A stretch of 64,000 nt of DNA from NCBI GenBank assembly GCA_030627005.1, contig DAOUSW010000005.1, forward strand, positions 3,470 to 67,469, written 5' to 3'. How positions within the stretch are numbered: position 1 is the first letter of the stretch; each line of letters begins with the position of its first letter. Positions 1 through 10,685 of this stretch are shown here, piece by piece. The notes under the pieces were generated by a model. It made no database searches. It had not been told where the DNA came from and saw nothing but the letters and a program-made list of their open reading frames with translations. This stretch comes from Methanosarcinaceae archaeon. Lineage in GTDB: Archaea > Halobacteriota > Methanosarcinia > Methanosarcinales > Methanosarcinaceae. The position numbers and the translations under genes were made by a program.

Positions 1-70
1 CTGGGGAGCTCTTGCCCCTGTAGCATTACTCGGGGCTGTCCTGATCATCAGAAAAATGAGGGCCAAATAA
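1..70 (+). CDS. 3' end of a membrane-anchored protein (partial)
   Basis: Frame from nt 2 reads WGALAPVALLGAVLIIRKMRAK*: hydrophobic helix plus basic tail, TAA at 68-70. Confidence 0.55.
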   Translation, partial: WGALAPVALLGAVLIIRKMRAK

Positions 71-285
71 TCCCCTCGGTTTTTAAAGCTTCGATACGGT
101 TTTCCATATTTCCTTTTTTCTTTATTTCTTTTCTCTTTTTCTTCAAAAAGGTATCAGTAGCTTAACTACCACCAAACTGTTTTAATATTTTTATGCTGGG
201 TGATTACTTATACTTTTTTCACCATTTGTCTATGTAGCAATTGTTACATTATTTGTACTGTTTGCTTACTGAAGGGGGGTTTAGC

Positions 286-882
286 ATTAAGGTTATCGGA
301 TTGGTAGGTAGTCCTAACGTTGATGGAAATACTGCAAGGCTTGTGAACGAAATTCTTGCCGGAGCCGCAGAATATGGTGCAGAGACAAAGATGTACAACC
401 TGGCAGCTCTGGATATAAAAGGCTGTGATTCTTGCTGCAGGTGCCAGGAAAGCGGCAAATGTGCAATTGAAGACGATATGCAAATTCTTTACGAGGAAAT
501 CCGGACTTCGGATGCGGTGGTCCTGGGTTCTCCTGTCTATATGTGGCAGATGAGCGGCCAGACAAAAATCTTTGTTGACCGCCTGATGGCTTTTCTGAGG
601 CCTGACTTTTCAAGCCGGGTTGAAGGGAAAAAGCTCATCCTTGCCTTTACCCAGGGCAACTCCAACAGGGACGCTTTTTGTTCTTACTTTGAATACACAG
701 CAGGGCTTCTTTATTTCCTCGGATTTGATGTCCTGGATACGGTCGTTGCGGCGGGCACTGATATCTCCAAAATTTCAAGCAGGCCAGACGTGCTGAAAAG
801 GGCAAGAGAGGGTGGGAGAAAACTGGTCCCTTCTCTGACAGTGGCTTTTGCGGCAGCCAACCTGGGTGCCCAGAACGCCTGA
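286..882 (+). CDS. Flavodoxin-fold / iron-sulfur flavoprotein (Isf-like, NADPH-dependent FMN reductase family)
   Basis: KVIGLVGSP..GNT motif, CxxCxxCx5C cluster, VLGSPVY. Homology with the neighbouring paralog begins at ATT 286, after GGGGGGT; the ORF track uses TTG 241. Confidence 0.85.
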   Translation: MKVIGLVGSPNVDGNTARLVNEILAGAAEYGAETKMYNLAALDIKGCDSCCRCQESGKCAIEDDMQILYEEIRTSDAVVLGSPVYMWQMSGQTKIFVDRLMAFLRPDFSSRVEGKKLILAFTQGNSNRDAFCSYFEYTAGLLYFLGFDVLDTVVAAGTDISKISSRPDVLKRAREGGRKLVPSLTVAFAAANLGAQNA

Positions 883-911
883 GTGTGCCGTAATTTGTTT
901 TCCAAAAACAA

Positions 912-1012
912 TTTTTCCTTTTCTTTTTCCTTTTTCTTTTTCTTTTTCTTTTTCCTCTTCCTCTTCCTTTCCTTTTCTTTTTTCCCTTCTTTTCCTCTTC
1001 CTCTTTCCTTTT
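912..1012. repeat. Pure pyrimidine low-complexity tract
   Basis: About 100 bp of only T/C between the two flavoprotein genes. Confidence 0.8.
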
Positions 1013-1120
1013 GTTTTCGAGAGATGCTTCCTTGGCTTCCAGGGAATATTTTATAATTGTCTGCTTCCTTTCTTTACTGTAATTTTTAATCCAGTTTATA
1101 TCTCAGGGAGAATTATTAGG

Positions 1121-1669
1121 ATGAAAGTCTTAGGATTAGTCGGAAGCCCTCGCGAAGGGGCTAATACTGAAAAGCTTGTAAATGCAATTCTGGAAGGTGC
1201 TGCGGAAAACGGCGCAGAGACAAAAATCTACAACCTCTCAAAACTTGATCTCAACCCTTGCAAGGGCTGCATGACCTGCAAAATCGAGGGGAAGTGTGTA
1301 ATTGACGATGATATGCAGGAACTCTACGATGAAGTTCAGGCCGCTGACGCAATTGTGCTCGGGTCCCCTCTCTACATGTGGGAGATCACCGCCCAGACCA
1401 AACTTTTCGTGGACCGCCTTGTAGCCTTCATCAAACCGGACTTCTCAACCCGCCTCAACATGCCCAAGAAGTTCGTCCTTGCCTACACCCAGGGCAACCC
1501 TGATCCGACCACCTTCAAACCGTACTTCGATTATATGGAAGGCCTTTTCTCCTTCATGCAGTTCGATGTCCAGGGCAGCATCGTCGCAGCCGGGACCCGT
1601 GAAAAAGACGACATCCTTGCACAGGAAGCCGTCCTTGCCAAAGCAAAGGAAATGGGCACGAACCTGTAA
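1121..1669 (+). CDS. Flavodoxin-fold / iron-sulfur flavoprotein (Isf-like), tandem paralog
   Basis: ATG 1121; MKVLGLVGSPR, CKGCMTCKIEGKC, VLGSPLY. Confidence 0.9.
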   Translation: MKVLGLVGSPREGANTEKLVNAILEGAAENGAETKIYNLSKLDLNPCKGCMTCKIEGKCVIDDDMQELYDEVQAADAIVLGSPLYMWEITAQTKLFVDRLVAFIKPDFSTRLNMPKKFVLAYTQGNPDPTTFKPYFDYMEGLFSFMQFDVQGSIVAAGTREKDDILAQEAVLAKAKEMGTNL

Positions 1670-1773
1670 ACCCATAAAGCAACCCATTTAGCCGCAATGT
1701 TTAAGAAATATAATTCTATCTCTATGGTAGCCGTGGGAATTCCGTCTCCCACTATTTTTTTTCTACTCTTTCT

Positions 1774-2520
1774 TCAATCACTTTCCCGGCTCAGGTTTTT
1801 TTTCCTTTTGTTTCTCAGAAGCCCGCGCCCCTCATCGGTCTTAAAACTGCCTACTTCTTCCTGAATTAATTTGATCGTTTCCTCATACCTGTAAGATGGG
1901 TTATTCTTTGCACCGTTGTTTGCATCTGAAGGATGGGTCAGAGCGATCAGAGGAATCTTTTTTCCTGAATATGTAACGTGGTTGTTTCCATTTTTGGATA
2001 TTGTGCGTGGCAGTTTTTCACCATTCACGTACCCTGCGGCCTTACTTGTCACGTACCCAACAGCCTTTCCTCCCATACAAATTATGATTTCGGGCTCAAA
2101 AGCTTCTATTTCACGTTTAAGGTACCTTTTTGCACATTCTATTCTCGGTTGTTTGTGCGCTCCCTCTTTTTTTCCAGGGAAGCACTTTTGGTAGTGGGTC
2201 CAGTAAAACAAACTCAGGAACTTTTCTCTGAAATTCTCAAAATGTTTTCTGTCCTCTTTTGCTTTCTCTGCTTTGTAATCTGCGAATAAGATCGGAAGGA
2301 TCTTCTCCCTGAAAAATGAATTTTCAAAACTGGTCACGTCATCGAGTTTATTAGCTTGATTCGAAGGGTCCCTTGTAATTAACAAAATTTTCTGAGTATC
2401 CCTGACTTCAACGGTTTTTGGGATTGCAGTTTCATCCCTTCCACATTTTAAGTTCCCGCTTTTCCAGTCGGGGCACGAGTTTACCTCATTACAAATTTTT
2501 GTTAACATCTCTCGGTTCAT
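1774..2520 (-). CDS. Uracil-DNA glycosylase superfamily protein
   Basis: LLITRDPS, YWTHYQKCFP, EIEAFEPEIIICMG and LTHPS match UDG-fold motifs. Confidence 0.7.
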   Translation of the reverse strand: MNREMLTKICNEVNSCPDWKSGNLKCGRDETAIPKTVEVRDTQKILLITRDPSNQANKLDDVTSFENSFFREKILPILFADYKAEKAKEDRKHFENFREKFLSLFYWTHYQKCFPGKKEGAHKQPRIECAKRYLKREIEAFEPEIIICMGGKAVGYVTSKAAGYVNGEKLPRTISKNGNNHVTYSGKKIPLIALTHPSDANNGAKNNPSYRYEETIKLIQEEVGSFKTDEGRGLLRNKRKKNLSRESD

Positions 2521-2777
2521 GCTATCTTCCCGGTTATTTTTTCTTTTTAGGGAGAACTTTCAGCAAACTGGTGGAGGCTCTAAATTACCTGTGTTTTTCT
2601 AACTTTGTTTTGATAAGTGTTTTAATATTTTTAATGTTTCTTTTTTCAATCGCAAAACTGTTTTCCATATGAATTCACGTTAATATGTATGGGCAAATTG
2701 CAAAAAAAGAATCAAAAGTACACTTAAAATGGGCAGTGGTTTATCGGGAGAATCATTTTCCCTTTCAAAATTCTTTT

Positions 2778-3218
2778 TCAAAATTCTTTCTCCTCCTCAA
2801 CAGTCCACCTGTGCTGACATTCCCTGCACTGGAAAGCATGCTTCCGGATTTCAACCCTTTCGGGTGCGGTGTATTCTCCGCGCCCAGCAGCATTTTTCTG
2901 GGAGCCTTCGGAGTGGGCGTACTCAATGTTTTCTTCCGGACCGCCGAAGGCCGAGGTGAGAAACTCACGGCTTTCTATCCCCAGGTACTTTTTCGTAAAA
3001 AGCCGCTTGCAGTCCGGGCACCTGTGCCGGCGGAGGAAAATGGTAAGGGAAAGGGAGAACATGAAAAGGGTGGAAAGGATTGCTGCGGCTTCCACACCCT
3101 TATTGAGTCTGCTGACCATGATGGGGCTAAGAACCATGAGCATGAAAGTGACGGCTGAGATCAGGCCTGTGTAAAAAAGAGGGTCTTTGTGGCGAGGAAG
3201 GGGTTCTTTATGGTTCAT
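2778..3218 (-). CDS. Hypothetical membrane protein with zinc-ribbon motifs
   Basis: Two hydrophobic segments, then CPDC and CREC. Confidence 0.6.
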   Translation of the reverse strand: MNHKEPLPRHKDPLFYTGLISAVTFMLMVLSPIMVSRLNKGVEAAAILSTLFMFSLSLTIFLRRHRCPDCKRLFTKKYLGIESREFLTSAFGGPEENIEYAHSEGSQKNAAGRGEYTAPERVEIRKHAFQCRECQHRWTVEEEKEF

Positions 3219-3259
3219 CCGTAATTATCTTACAGCTAATTGTATATTTTTCTAGTGTA

Positions 3260-3516
3260 TTAGGACATTTTTGGGGTTTCTGGAATTACCGGTCCTATTT
3301 CTCTCCGGGTATAAGCACTTTCGTGGAATGGGCACCTGTTCCGGATATTTTGTATGAAAATATTAAGGATATGATAAAGAGAGCAGAAAGGATCTGTGCG
3401 GCTTTTATCCCTGCGAAGAAACAGATAAGCATCAGTAAAAATAAAATTATTGACACAGCTGAAGAATAAAAAAGCGGATCCTTTTGTATATGGTCAACTT
3501 CCGCACTATTATTCAT
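3260..3516 (-). pseudogene. Frameshifted, truncated paralog of 2778-3218
   Basis: Shared KDPLFY..S..AA.ILS.LF N-terminus; a shifted frame continues RCPFHESAYTRREIG, compare RCPDCKRLFTKKYLG. Confidence 0.55.
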
Positions 3517-3695
3517 AGCTCTTCTTTTAGAAATGTAATTATTTAAACTTGCCTATCCGTATTCGTGTTTGCCGAGTTATTTTTATATAAACATATTTTT
3601 TAGACAAAACCCTTCTTTTTTTATGTAATTCAATGTTGATATTTATTCCTTCTGGGTTTTAAGTCGTGGCTTTCAATGTCTTATGAGGAAATGTT

Positions 3696-3745
3696 GTCTG
3701 GAAAACATGGTCTGGAAAACATGGTCTGGAAAACATGGTCTGGAA
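3696..3745. repeat. 14 bp tandem repeat (GTCTGGAAAACATG x3.6)
   Basis: Direct reading. Confidence 0.9.
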
Positions 3746-3992
3746 TATATACTCTGAAAATTATTTTCTAGAACTTATTAGCCAGGAATCAGGGTTCGGT
3801 TTTTCCAGGTGGACAATTTCGAGACCATTTTAATATATATACGATGTATACTATGGAAGTTAATTATGGATAATATAATAAGCAATTGACTTGCTAAATG
3901 AGTCGACTTTGTTTTATTTCCCGCTTTGTTATGTTATCCCACCTGAGTGCATTGTTTCGCCTTATCATGCTGTCCCAACGGAATTGTTGCGA

Positions 3993-4113
3993 TACTAATT
4001 ACAATACTAATTACAATACTAATTACAATACTAATTACAATACTATACGATACTAATTACGATATACAATACTATACGATACTAATTACGATATACAATA
4101 CTATACGATACTA
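3993..4113. repeat. AT-rich tandem repeats (ATACTAATTACA and derivatives) upstream of the ABC permease
   Basis: Direct reading. Confidence 0.85.
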
Positions 4114-4132
4114 AAAACGGAGCCCTGACCCA

Positions 4133-5344
4133 ATGATCCCTCTTTCCCGTGCCGGAAAAATTGCCCTCAGCAGCATTTCTCATTCCAAAATGCGCTCGAC
4201 CCTGACAGTGCTCGGAATCGTTATTGGCGTTGCCGCAGTGATTGCAAACGTGTCTCTTGGAGGTAGTTTTAGCCAGTATTTTACGGACGAGGTCTCTACT
4301 ATCGGGTCCAACTTTATTTATATCGAGGGCATGGAACCGAACCTGTTTTATGAAAATGAGAAGCAGATTGTCGTAAACACGCCCGGGATCGAGGAGGTTT
4401 CGGTGCTCAAGCAGCAGTCAGGGGTGATCGGGTTCATGTCCCAGGCAAAAAACGTTCCTGTCTATGGGGTCTCGGAGGAATATGAAGAGGTTGCAGGTAC
4501 ACATCTCCGGACCGGAAACTTCGTCTCAGACAATGACAAGTACGCGGCAATCGTGGGCTACGACGTGGCGCACGAAAAATTTGACCGGGACATCAGGGTC
4601 AGGAATTCCATTGACATTACTTTCAGGGTAGGGGAAGGAGAGACAATCACTAAAACTTTCAAGGTAAAGGGAATTATCGAGAACCCGGACAGTGCGCTTG
4701 TCCAGGGTTTCAACGACAACGATGCCGTAATGATCCCCGTTGACGCCATGAACGAAATGCTGGGGGAAACGGACTACGGTGGGATCTTTGCCATGGCCGA
4801 GGACCTCGCGACCATTGAAGAGACCTCAAACGAGGTGGACGAGCGCCTGGCCCGGAACTTCGGGATTTCCGAAAGGGACCTTGAGGACAAGGATTCAAGG
4901 CCCTACTTCATCATTGACCAGGCAGAAATCCTGGAGCAGACCGACATGATGGCAAAATCCCTCAGTTCTTTCCTGACCGCTGTTGCCCTGATCTCTCTCC
5001 TGGTCGGCTCCATCGGGATCATGAACATCATGCTGGTAAGCGTGACCGAGCGTACCCGGGAAATCGGGATTCTCATGTCCCTGGGCTTTACTGGCTTTGA
5101 CATCCTGTTCCTCTTCATGGTTGAATCGATCCTCCTGGGTGTTTTCGGAGGCATCATCGGAGGTGCTGTGGGCATCGCCGGTGCCTACAGTGTGGAAACC
5201 CTCCTGAACCTGCCGGTAGTTTTCCCCTTTAGCCTGATAATAGCCGGGTTCCTCGTGGCTGTAGTCGTAGGCTTTGTCTCAGGCGTCTATCCCGCAAGGA
5301 AGGCCGCAAAGATGAAACCTGTAGACTCTCTGCGCTATGAATGA
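4133..5344 (+). CDS. ABC transporter permease, MacB/FtsX family
   Basis: RSTLTVLGIVIGVAAVIA; GSIGIMNIMLVSVTERTREIGI; YPARKAAKMKPVDSLRYE. Confidence 0.95.
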   Translation: MIPLSRAGKIALSSISHSKMRSTLTVLGIVIGVAAVIANVSLGGSFSQYFTDEVSTIGSNFIYIEGMEPNLFYENEKQIVVNTPGIEEVSVLKQQSGVIGFMSQAKNVPVYGVSEEYEEVAGTHLRTGNFVSDNDKYAAIVGYDVAHEKFDRDIRVRNSIDITFRVGEGETITKTFKVKGIIENPDSALVQGFNDNDAVMIPVDAMNEMLGETDYGGIFAMAEDLATIEETSNEVDERLARNFGISERDLEDKDSRPYFIIDQAEILEQTDMMAKSLSSFLTAVALISLLVGSIGIMNIMLVSVTERTREIGILMSLGFTGFDILFLFMVESILLGVFGGIIGGAVGIAGAYSVETLLNLPVVFPFSLIIAGFLVAVVVGFVSGVYPARKAAKMKPVDSLRYE

Positions 5345-5510
5345 AATCAAGCCAGGATCTGATCCAGCCAAAATTTTATTCCTCCAATTTTTAATTCACC
5401 CTGCCTCTAATCCAGCTGCACTTTAATTTATCCAATCTTTAATTCGCTGAGATTTAATTCAGCCGAACTCTAATTCAACCAGGCCCTGATCCAGGCAAAA
5501 ATCGACTGGT

Positions 5511-6242
5511 TTATTCTCTATCGTCTATTTTTTCGATTTTGCCACTGCCCGAAACCTGGGTGTTGAATTTTTCCGGGTCTCCCCAGTAGAACACACTCCC
5601 GCTCCCGGCGATCTCAACGTCCAGCTCCCTGTCCGTGTAAACCTTTGCATCTCCAGACCCGTATATTCTGACTCTGGTCACTTCAGTCCTGAGCCCGAGG
5701 GCGTCCACGTTTCCCGAACCGTCGATTTCGATCTCGTGTGTGGCGGCATCGCCTTCAAGGAGGAAGTCTCCTGAACCGGAAACCTGGCTCCCCAGGGAAC
5801 TTGCGTTTACTTCCATTTCTATATCTCCGGAACCTATGATTGCAAGTTCCAGGTTTTCGGAATCTATCGGCGTAGTTCCTGTTATATCCCCCGAACCGCT
5901 GAGGGAAAGGCTCCGGACTTCGTCCATCCCTGCATAGACCTTTATGGGCTCCAGGGGTCGAATGCACTTTTCTGCCCTGATTACCAGGACCCCGTTTTCC
6001 ACGCTGGTTTCCAGAAGGGGAAGGAGGTTGTCTTCGGCTTCGATCACAAGGCTGCTCCCACCGCCCTGTTCTACGAAAATGTCTCCTGGTATTTGGGAAT
6101 CCACGCTGTGATAAGGTTCAACGTTTCGGTTTTCCTCTTTCACGTTTCCTGATCCCGGTTCGCATTCATAAGCCGCACACCCGCTTCCAGCCAGCACTGC
6201 GGCAAGTAACACAATTCCCAGAAGAAGGAAAGAGACACTCAC
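5511..6242 (-). CDS. DUF2807 / head GIN-domain putative lipoprotein
   Basis: Signal/lipobox-like LAGSGC, repeated xSGSGxI beta-helix motifs. Confidence 0.8.
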   Translation of the reverse strand: MSVSFLLLGIVLLAAVLAGSGCAAYECEPGSGNVKEENRNVEPYHSVDSQIPGDIFVEQGGGSSLVIEAEDNLLPLLETSVENGVLVIRAEKCIRPLEPIKVYAGMDEVRSLSLSGSGDITGTTPIDSENLELAIIGSGDIEMEVNASSLGSQVSGSGDFLLEGDAATHEIEIDGSGNVDALGLRTEVTRVRIYGSGDAKVYTDRELDVEIAGSGSVFYWGDPEKFNTQVSGSGKIEKIDDRE

Positions 6243-6376
6243 AGGCTTTTTTCCGTTCTCCTATGCAACCGGTATTTCTTTCTTTTCTGCCTTTACTTCC
6301 TTTTCAAGCATCTTTTCCAGCCCCATTTCTTTTCCACTCACAGTTTTGTCTCTTTTGATATCGGTCTCTTTTAGTA

Positions 6377-6428
6377 ATCCCTTTCAATGATCCCTTTCAA
6401 TGATCCCTTTCAATGATCCCTTTCAATG
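6377..6428. repeat. 13 bp tandem repeat (ATCCCTTTCAATG x4)
   Basis: Direct reading. Confidence 0.9.
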
Positions 6429-6576
6429 CCCCGGATTTCCGGATATTGGAGTTTCGGGGCATGGTAGAGGAGAACACAGTCATAGCACTGTTTACTTTGA
6501 ATTTTTTTCTCTATACCTTATTTGACTTTTGAGCTTTAAATAGCAGGGTACGAAAGGATACCGCAACTCCGAATTT

Positions 6577-7059
6577 TCAACTGAATAAGAGTGCGTAGAA
6601 TACCAGCCCCAGAAGAGACATGCCAAAGCCTACCTGAACCAGGATTTTCCCCCGCTCGGCAGCCTCCCGGTTTGCTTTCACGGTTCCGTAACAAAACTGT
6701 CCCAGACCTGCTCCCGCAGGAAAGATTAAAGGCCAGAAGTAAGCCCAGCTTTCCCAGTTTCCTGTTCTGAACTGGTAGAGCAGGATCAAGCCCAGCATGG
6801 TCGGGATTCCGCTTATGGCGGCAATGACCTCCCCCATTCCTCCTTCCATTTCCAGGGCTGAGGCAAAGAGGAACATCCCGGTTGCAACAAGATAGAAGGG
6901 AAGGGCAAGGTTCCCCAGATTGATTCGCATACGAATGATTAGTATGAACCCTGCCGCAATAAACAGCATAATCACGAGGGCTATTATCATGCTGTGGTCT
7001 TTTCTTTTCTTCTGATCCTTTTCCATGGAACCCCGGGTCGAAGTCGCTGGTTCTTGCAC
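6577..7059 (-). CDS. Hypothetical multi-pass membrane protein
   Basis: Several TM segments, WESWAYFWPLI motif; start probably the internal ATG (MEKDQ). Confidence 0.65.
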   Translation of the reverse strand: MQEPATSTRGSMEKDQKKRKDHSMIIALVIMLFIAAGFILIIRMRINLGNLALPFYLVATGMFLFASALEMEGGMGEVIAAISGIPTMLGLILLYQFRTGNWESWAYFWPLIFPAGAGLGQFCYGTVKANREAAERGKILVQVGFGMSLLGLVFYALLFS

Positions 7060-7236
7060 GATTATTTCTGTTATTATTTATGTCCTATTGGTTATGATTT
7101 TATAGTCTGCCAATTTTTTTATTCTCAGGAAAGGGAGGCAATTTTCCCTACCCGAAGGGATAATAACAATTTCCGGGATAATCAGGTATAAGGAAAGCCA
7201 AGTACAAAGAATGCCGAATATAATGACAGCTGAATA

Positions 7237-7397
7237 TATAGTCAAGGCCCTAAATTCCTTCACCAATCTCAAGTGAAAGTTTAACCACAGAAAGCCCGGA
7301 AAACACGGAATAAAGGAAATAGGGGCACAATCCTTCCGTGCTTTCCGTGTCTTCCGTGGTTATAATGTAAGTGTAAATATTTGCGTTCGGGACTATA
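7237..7397 (+). mobile_element. MITE copy 1 (161 bp including TA duplication)
   Basis: Ends TATAGTC...GACTATA; similar along its length to three other copies in the window. Confidence 0.85.
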
Positions 7398-7549
7398 ATT
7401 ACAGCTGAATCTGAAGGAGAATGGGAGGAAAATCATCTATATACAATGCTGAATATAATTCATGTTGGATACTATTAAGCTGAACATAAGGAATTCATAT
7501 AATGTAAGCTGAATATTATTTGAAATAACAAGATCATGGGGGTCATTGA

Positions 7550-7981
7550 GTGTTACAGGAAACAACCGAAAAATCGGACGATGAGTGGAAGAAAGTTCTC
7601 ACTCCCGAGCAGTATTACGTCTTGAGGAAAAAGGGTACTGAAAGGCCCTTTACCGGAAAGCTGTACTATAACAAGAATAAAGGGGTTTACACCTGTTCCG
7701 CATGCGGCCAGGAGCTTTTTTCCTCTGATACCAAGTTCGAGTCCGGGACTGGCTGGCCAAGTTTCCTGGACGTTATTTCCAGCGACCGGGTCCGGCTCCT
7801 GGAAGATAATAGCTCTTTCATGCACAGGGTCGAGGTTGTTTGTTCCCGCTGTGGGGGGCATCTGGGGCATGTCTTTGACGACGGGCCGAAACCTACAGGG
7901 AAACGCTACTGTATAAATTCCGTATCCCTGGATTTTAAAGGGGCAGAAGAAGAAAAAGAAGAAAAAAAGGCCGAAAGCTGA
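7550..7981 (+). CDS. msrB: Peptide-methionine (R)-S-oxide reductase
   Basis: GTERPFTG, CxxC pairs, [24 protein letters not shown]. Confidence 0.97.
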   Translation: MLQETTEKSDDEWKKVLTPEQYYVLRKKGTERPFTGKLYYNKNKGVYTCSACGQELFSSDTKFESGTGWPSFLDVISSDRVRLLEDNSSFMHRVEVVCSRCGGHLGHVFDDGPKPTGKRYCINSVSLDFKGAEEEKEEKKAES

Positions 7982-8068
7982 ATGTGAACTGAAAGCTGAA
8001 TGTGAACTGAAAGCTGAATGTGAACTGAAAGCTGAATGTGAACTGAAAGCTGAATGTGAACTGAAAGC
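7973..8068. repeat. 18 bp tandem repeat (GAAAGCTGAATGTGAACT x5.3) starting across the msrB stop
   Basis: Direct reading. Confidence 0.95.
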
Positions 8069-8111
8069 GAGAGCTTGAAGTGCAGAACCTGTATGTGGGG
8101 CGTGAGTTTAT

Positions 8112-8300
8112 CTGAAAATCGAAAAAACCCAGGCGGAACTGGCTGGTTTTCTCGTATTTTTTATTCTTTATCTGGTTATTTTCAATCTGTTTTTCCGCTT
8201 TAGTGGGGGTGATTCACCTATCTTCGTGCCCGGGACTCTGCTTTTCTCTCTGCTTGGTTACTGGCTGGGCGGCTACCTGTACGATAGGTACCTGAAATGA
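8112..8300 (+). CDS. Small two-TM membrane protein (62 aa), probable CTG start; absent from the ORF track
   Basis: Reads KIEKTQAELAGFLVFFILYLVIFNLFFRFSGGDSPIFVPGTLLFSLLGYWLGGYLYDRYLK*; in-frame TGA at 8103; SD-like GGGGCGTGA before the CTG. Confidence 0.6.
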   Translation: MKIEKTQAELAGFLVFFILYLVIFNLFFRFSGGDSPIFVPGTLLFSLLGYWLGGYLYDRYLK

Positions 8301-8448
8301 CTTTTGATAAGAGTTCCCGGTACTTCGGAGAGCTTCCGGGGGCAGGCAGGTTTTGAAGGCAGGTCTTCTTAACTTTCTATATAGTTCTTCTTTTTAATTT
8401 GTATTTTCGCAAATCCTTTATTATAGATTACAACAATTTCCGTGGCAG

Positions 8449-9093
8449 ATGTTGAAAGCAATCATTTTTGATGTTGACGGCGTCCTTGTGGATTCCATGC
8501 AGTTCCACGCCGACGCCTGGATCGAATCCTTCTGTGATGTGGGAATTACAATTAAACGGGAGGACATTTACGAGATCGAGGGCTCAAACGGGTGGGGAAT
8601 TGTCAGGTCCATCTTTAAAAAGGCGGGGAGAATTCCCGAACCCCATCACCTGGACGAAATACCTCTGAAAAAGAGGACGATTCTTGATTTCGAGCGGATA
8701 AAACCCTTTGAAGGCATTGTTGACGTGCTGCAGGACCTGAAAAAGCACTTCACTCTTGCCCTGGTCTCAGGCTCCGACCGCAAGATAGTTGAAAAGATGA
8801 TAGAGCACTTTTTCCCCGGTATATTCGAGGTTACAGTTGCCGGGATTGATGTCGAGAACGGAAAACCTGCCCCTGACCCTTACCTGAAAGCAGTGGAGAT
8901 GCTGGGGCTTGAAAAGGAAGAATGCATCGTTATCGAAAATGCTCCTCTGGGCGTGGAGGCCGCAAAAGCCGCCGGACTTTACTGTGTGGCTGTTCCCAGT
9001 ACGCTGGGACCTGAAAAGCTGCAGCACTCTGACCTGGTGCTCGAGAATCACCCGGCTCTTTTGAGATACCTGAAAAATCTAACTCCTTCTTAA
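8449..9093 (+). CDS. HAD-family phosphatase (beta-phosphoglucomutase-like)
   Basis: FDVDGVLVDS, GKPAPDPY, IENAPLGVEAA. Confidence 0.92.
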   Translation: MLKAIIFDVDGVLVDSMQFHADAWIESFCDVGITIKREDIYEIEGSNGWGIVRSIFKKAGRIPEPHHLDEIPLKKRTILDFERIKPFEGIVDVLQDLKKHFTLALVSGSDRKIVEKMIEHFFPGIFEVTVAGIDVENGKPAPDPYLKAVEMLGLEKEECIVIENAPLGVEAAKAAGLYCVAVPSTLGPEKLQHSDLVLENHPALLRYLKNLTPS

Positions 9094-9152
9094 ATTATCT
9101 CTCCTTGCTTTGCTGGGGCCTGGAAGATAGCTTTTTCAGGACATTTTTTCCC

Positions 9153-10298
9153 TCATTTTTCAGGGCATTTTTCCCTCACTTCTCTTTCGAGAAGTCTCCT
9201 CACTGCTGCCGGGCCGTCCAGCGTTTCGGCAAGTTCCATTGCTCGCCGGGTCTTTCTGGCATATTGCTCGTCTTCCAGCAGTTCCCGGATGCAGGCAAGG
9301 ATTGCCTCGGGGCGGGTCAGGTAACTCAGACGCTTCCCGCAGCCCATTTCTTCAATCGTGCTGGCGTTATTTTCCTGTTCGTTGTGTTTTTCATCCGGGA
9401 AAGATAGGACCGGGAGCCCGAAAGCCAGGCTCTCCAGAAGGGTCCCGTGTCCTCCTGCAGTGATTACGAGGTCCGAACCTTTATAATAGGGAAAGGGATT
9501 TTCCGTGAAGCCTGTCAACTTGACGTTCTCCGGGATTTCCGGGAACCGGGAGGGATCGATCCCGGGGCCTGTTATGAAGGTATAGTTGATGCTTGGATCC
9601 AGTTTTGCGGCTTCGAACACGCTCCGGAATATTGCTGCCCGGTAACCGAAAGCCCCGATGGTGGAGAGGACGTTTGGGTGGGGGAGTTTTTTTGCCTCAA
9701 CTTCCCCGTATTTCCATCGGATCAGGGGGCCGCTGAAAAAGATCGTGTCATTAATGTCCCTTGAGAGCACAAAGTTTCGCCGGTTGACCGAGTAGGGGAG
9801 CGGGTAGTCCGGGACTATGATCCCGTCCACGCTTCTGAAGATGCGGGCATAAAAGCTTTTTACAAGCTTTCCGGCCAGCCCTACAAAGGGTCCTTTATTC
9901 CGGAAAAACTCTGCCATATTGAACTGGTGCCCGATAAAGTAGACGGGGATTTTCCTGTGTTTTGCTGCAAGGATGCCCAGGTAATACCCGTCGGAAAGTA
10001 CGACGTCCGGCTCGAGTTCTTTTAGCAATTTCAAAATTTTCCTTACATCCCCCGGGCTGGAATTTTTGAGGGTTTTTGCAATGGACTTTCTAATGTTCAG
10101 GGTGCCTGCCGTTCCCACAAGAGTCAGTTCCGGAGGGATTTCGCATGCCATGTATCCTGTTTTTTCGACCAGGTCCTTTGAGTAGCCGTATGCCCCGAAG
10201 TACACGTCATGCCCTGCGGACAGGAACTCTTTTCCCAGGGCAAGGCAGCGGCTTGTGTGTCCCAAACCTTCTCCGCACATTAACAGCAAAATTTTCAT
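9153..10298 (-). CDS. GT-B glycosyltransferase (family 28 / MurG-like C-terminal domain)
   Basis: GEGLGHTSR, ITAGGHGTLLESL, EQENNA. Confidence 0.88.
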   Translation of the reverse strand: MKILLLMCGEGLGHTSRCLALGKEFLSAGHDVYFGAYGYSKDLVEKTGYMACEIPPELTLVGTAGTLNIRKSIAKTLKNSSPGDVRKILKLLKELEPDVVLSDGYYLGILAAKHRKIPVYFIGHQFNMAEFFRNKGPFVGLAGKLVKSFYARIFRSVDGIIVPDYPLPYSVNRRNFVLSRDINDTIFFSGPLIRWKYGEVEAKKLPHPNVLSTIGAFGYRAAIFRSVFEAAKLDPSINYTFITGPGIDPSRFPEIPENVKLTGFTENPFPYYKGSDLVITAGGHGTLLESLAFGLPVLSFPDEKHNEQENNASTIEEMGCGKRLSYLTRPEAILACIRELLEDEQYARKTRRAMELAETLDGPAAVRRLLEREVREKCPEK

Positions 10299-10685
10299 TC
10301 GATTTAGCTCCTTCTCTTCTCCAACCCATGGCTTCTCTCTGCTTTAATTCTTTCTTACTGATTCGTTGTTTAAAAATATCTATTTGGGGGGGTTTCGATT
10401 AAAACCCGTGGAATTTATCGGCCTCATTATTCTGAGATGTGGAATTGGGTAAAATATGGTGGGGTTGGAAAATTGAATTGAAGACTAAATCGAAGTAAAA
10501 GTAGAGGTGAAATCGAAGTAAAAGTAGGGGTGAAATTGGAAATGGAATTGAAGGTTAAATTTGTGTAAAATCAGGGTCGGAATCAAAATAAAAATGAGCT
10601 GAAGTTGGAATCGAAGTAAAATTAGAGTGGGGTGAAATGAGATGAAATTGGAATCGAAAAAAAAGAAAAAAAGAGAACTTGAGGC

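Noticed and set aside
848-1120. N-terminal extension of the second flavoprotein
   Set aside because: Translation of the pyrimidine tract; homology starts at ATG 1121
7078-7272. 64 aa ORF (and the similar 56905 ORF)
   Set aside because: Start and first residues (MRLVKEF) come from the MITE end; no independent support
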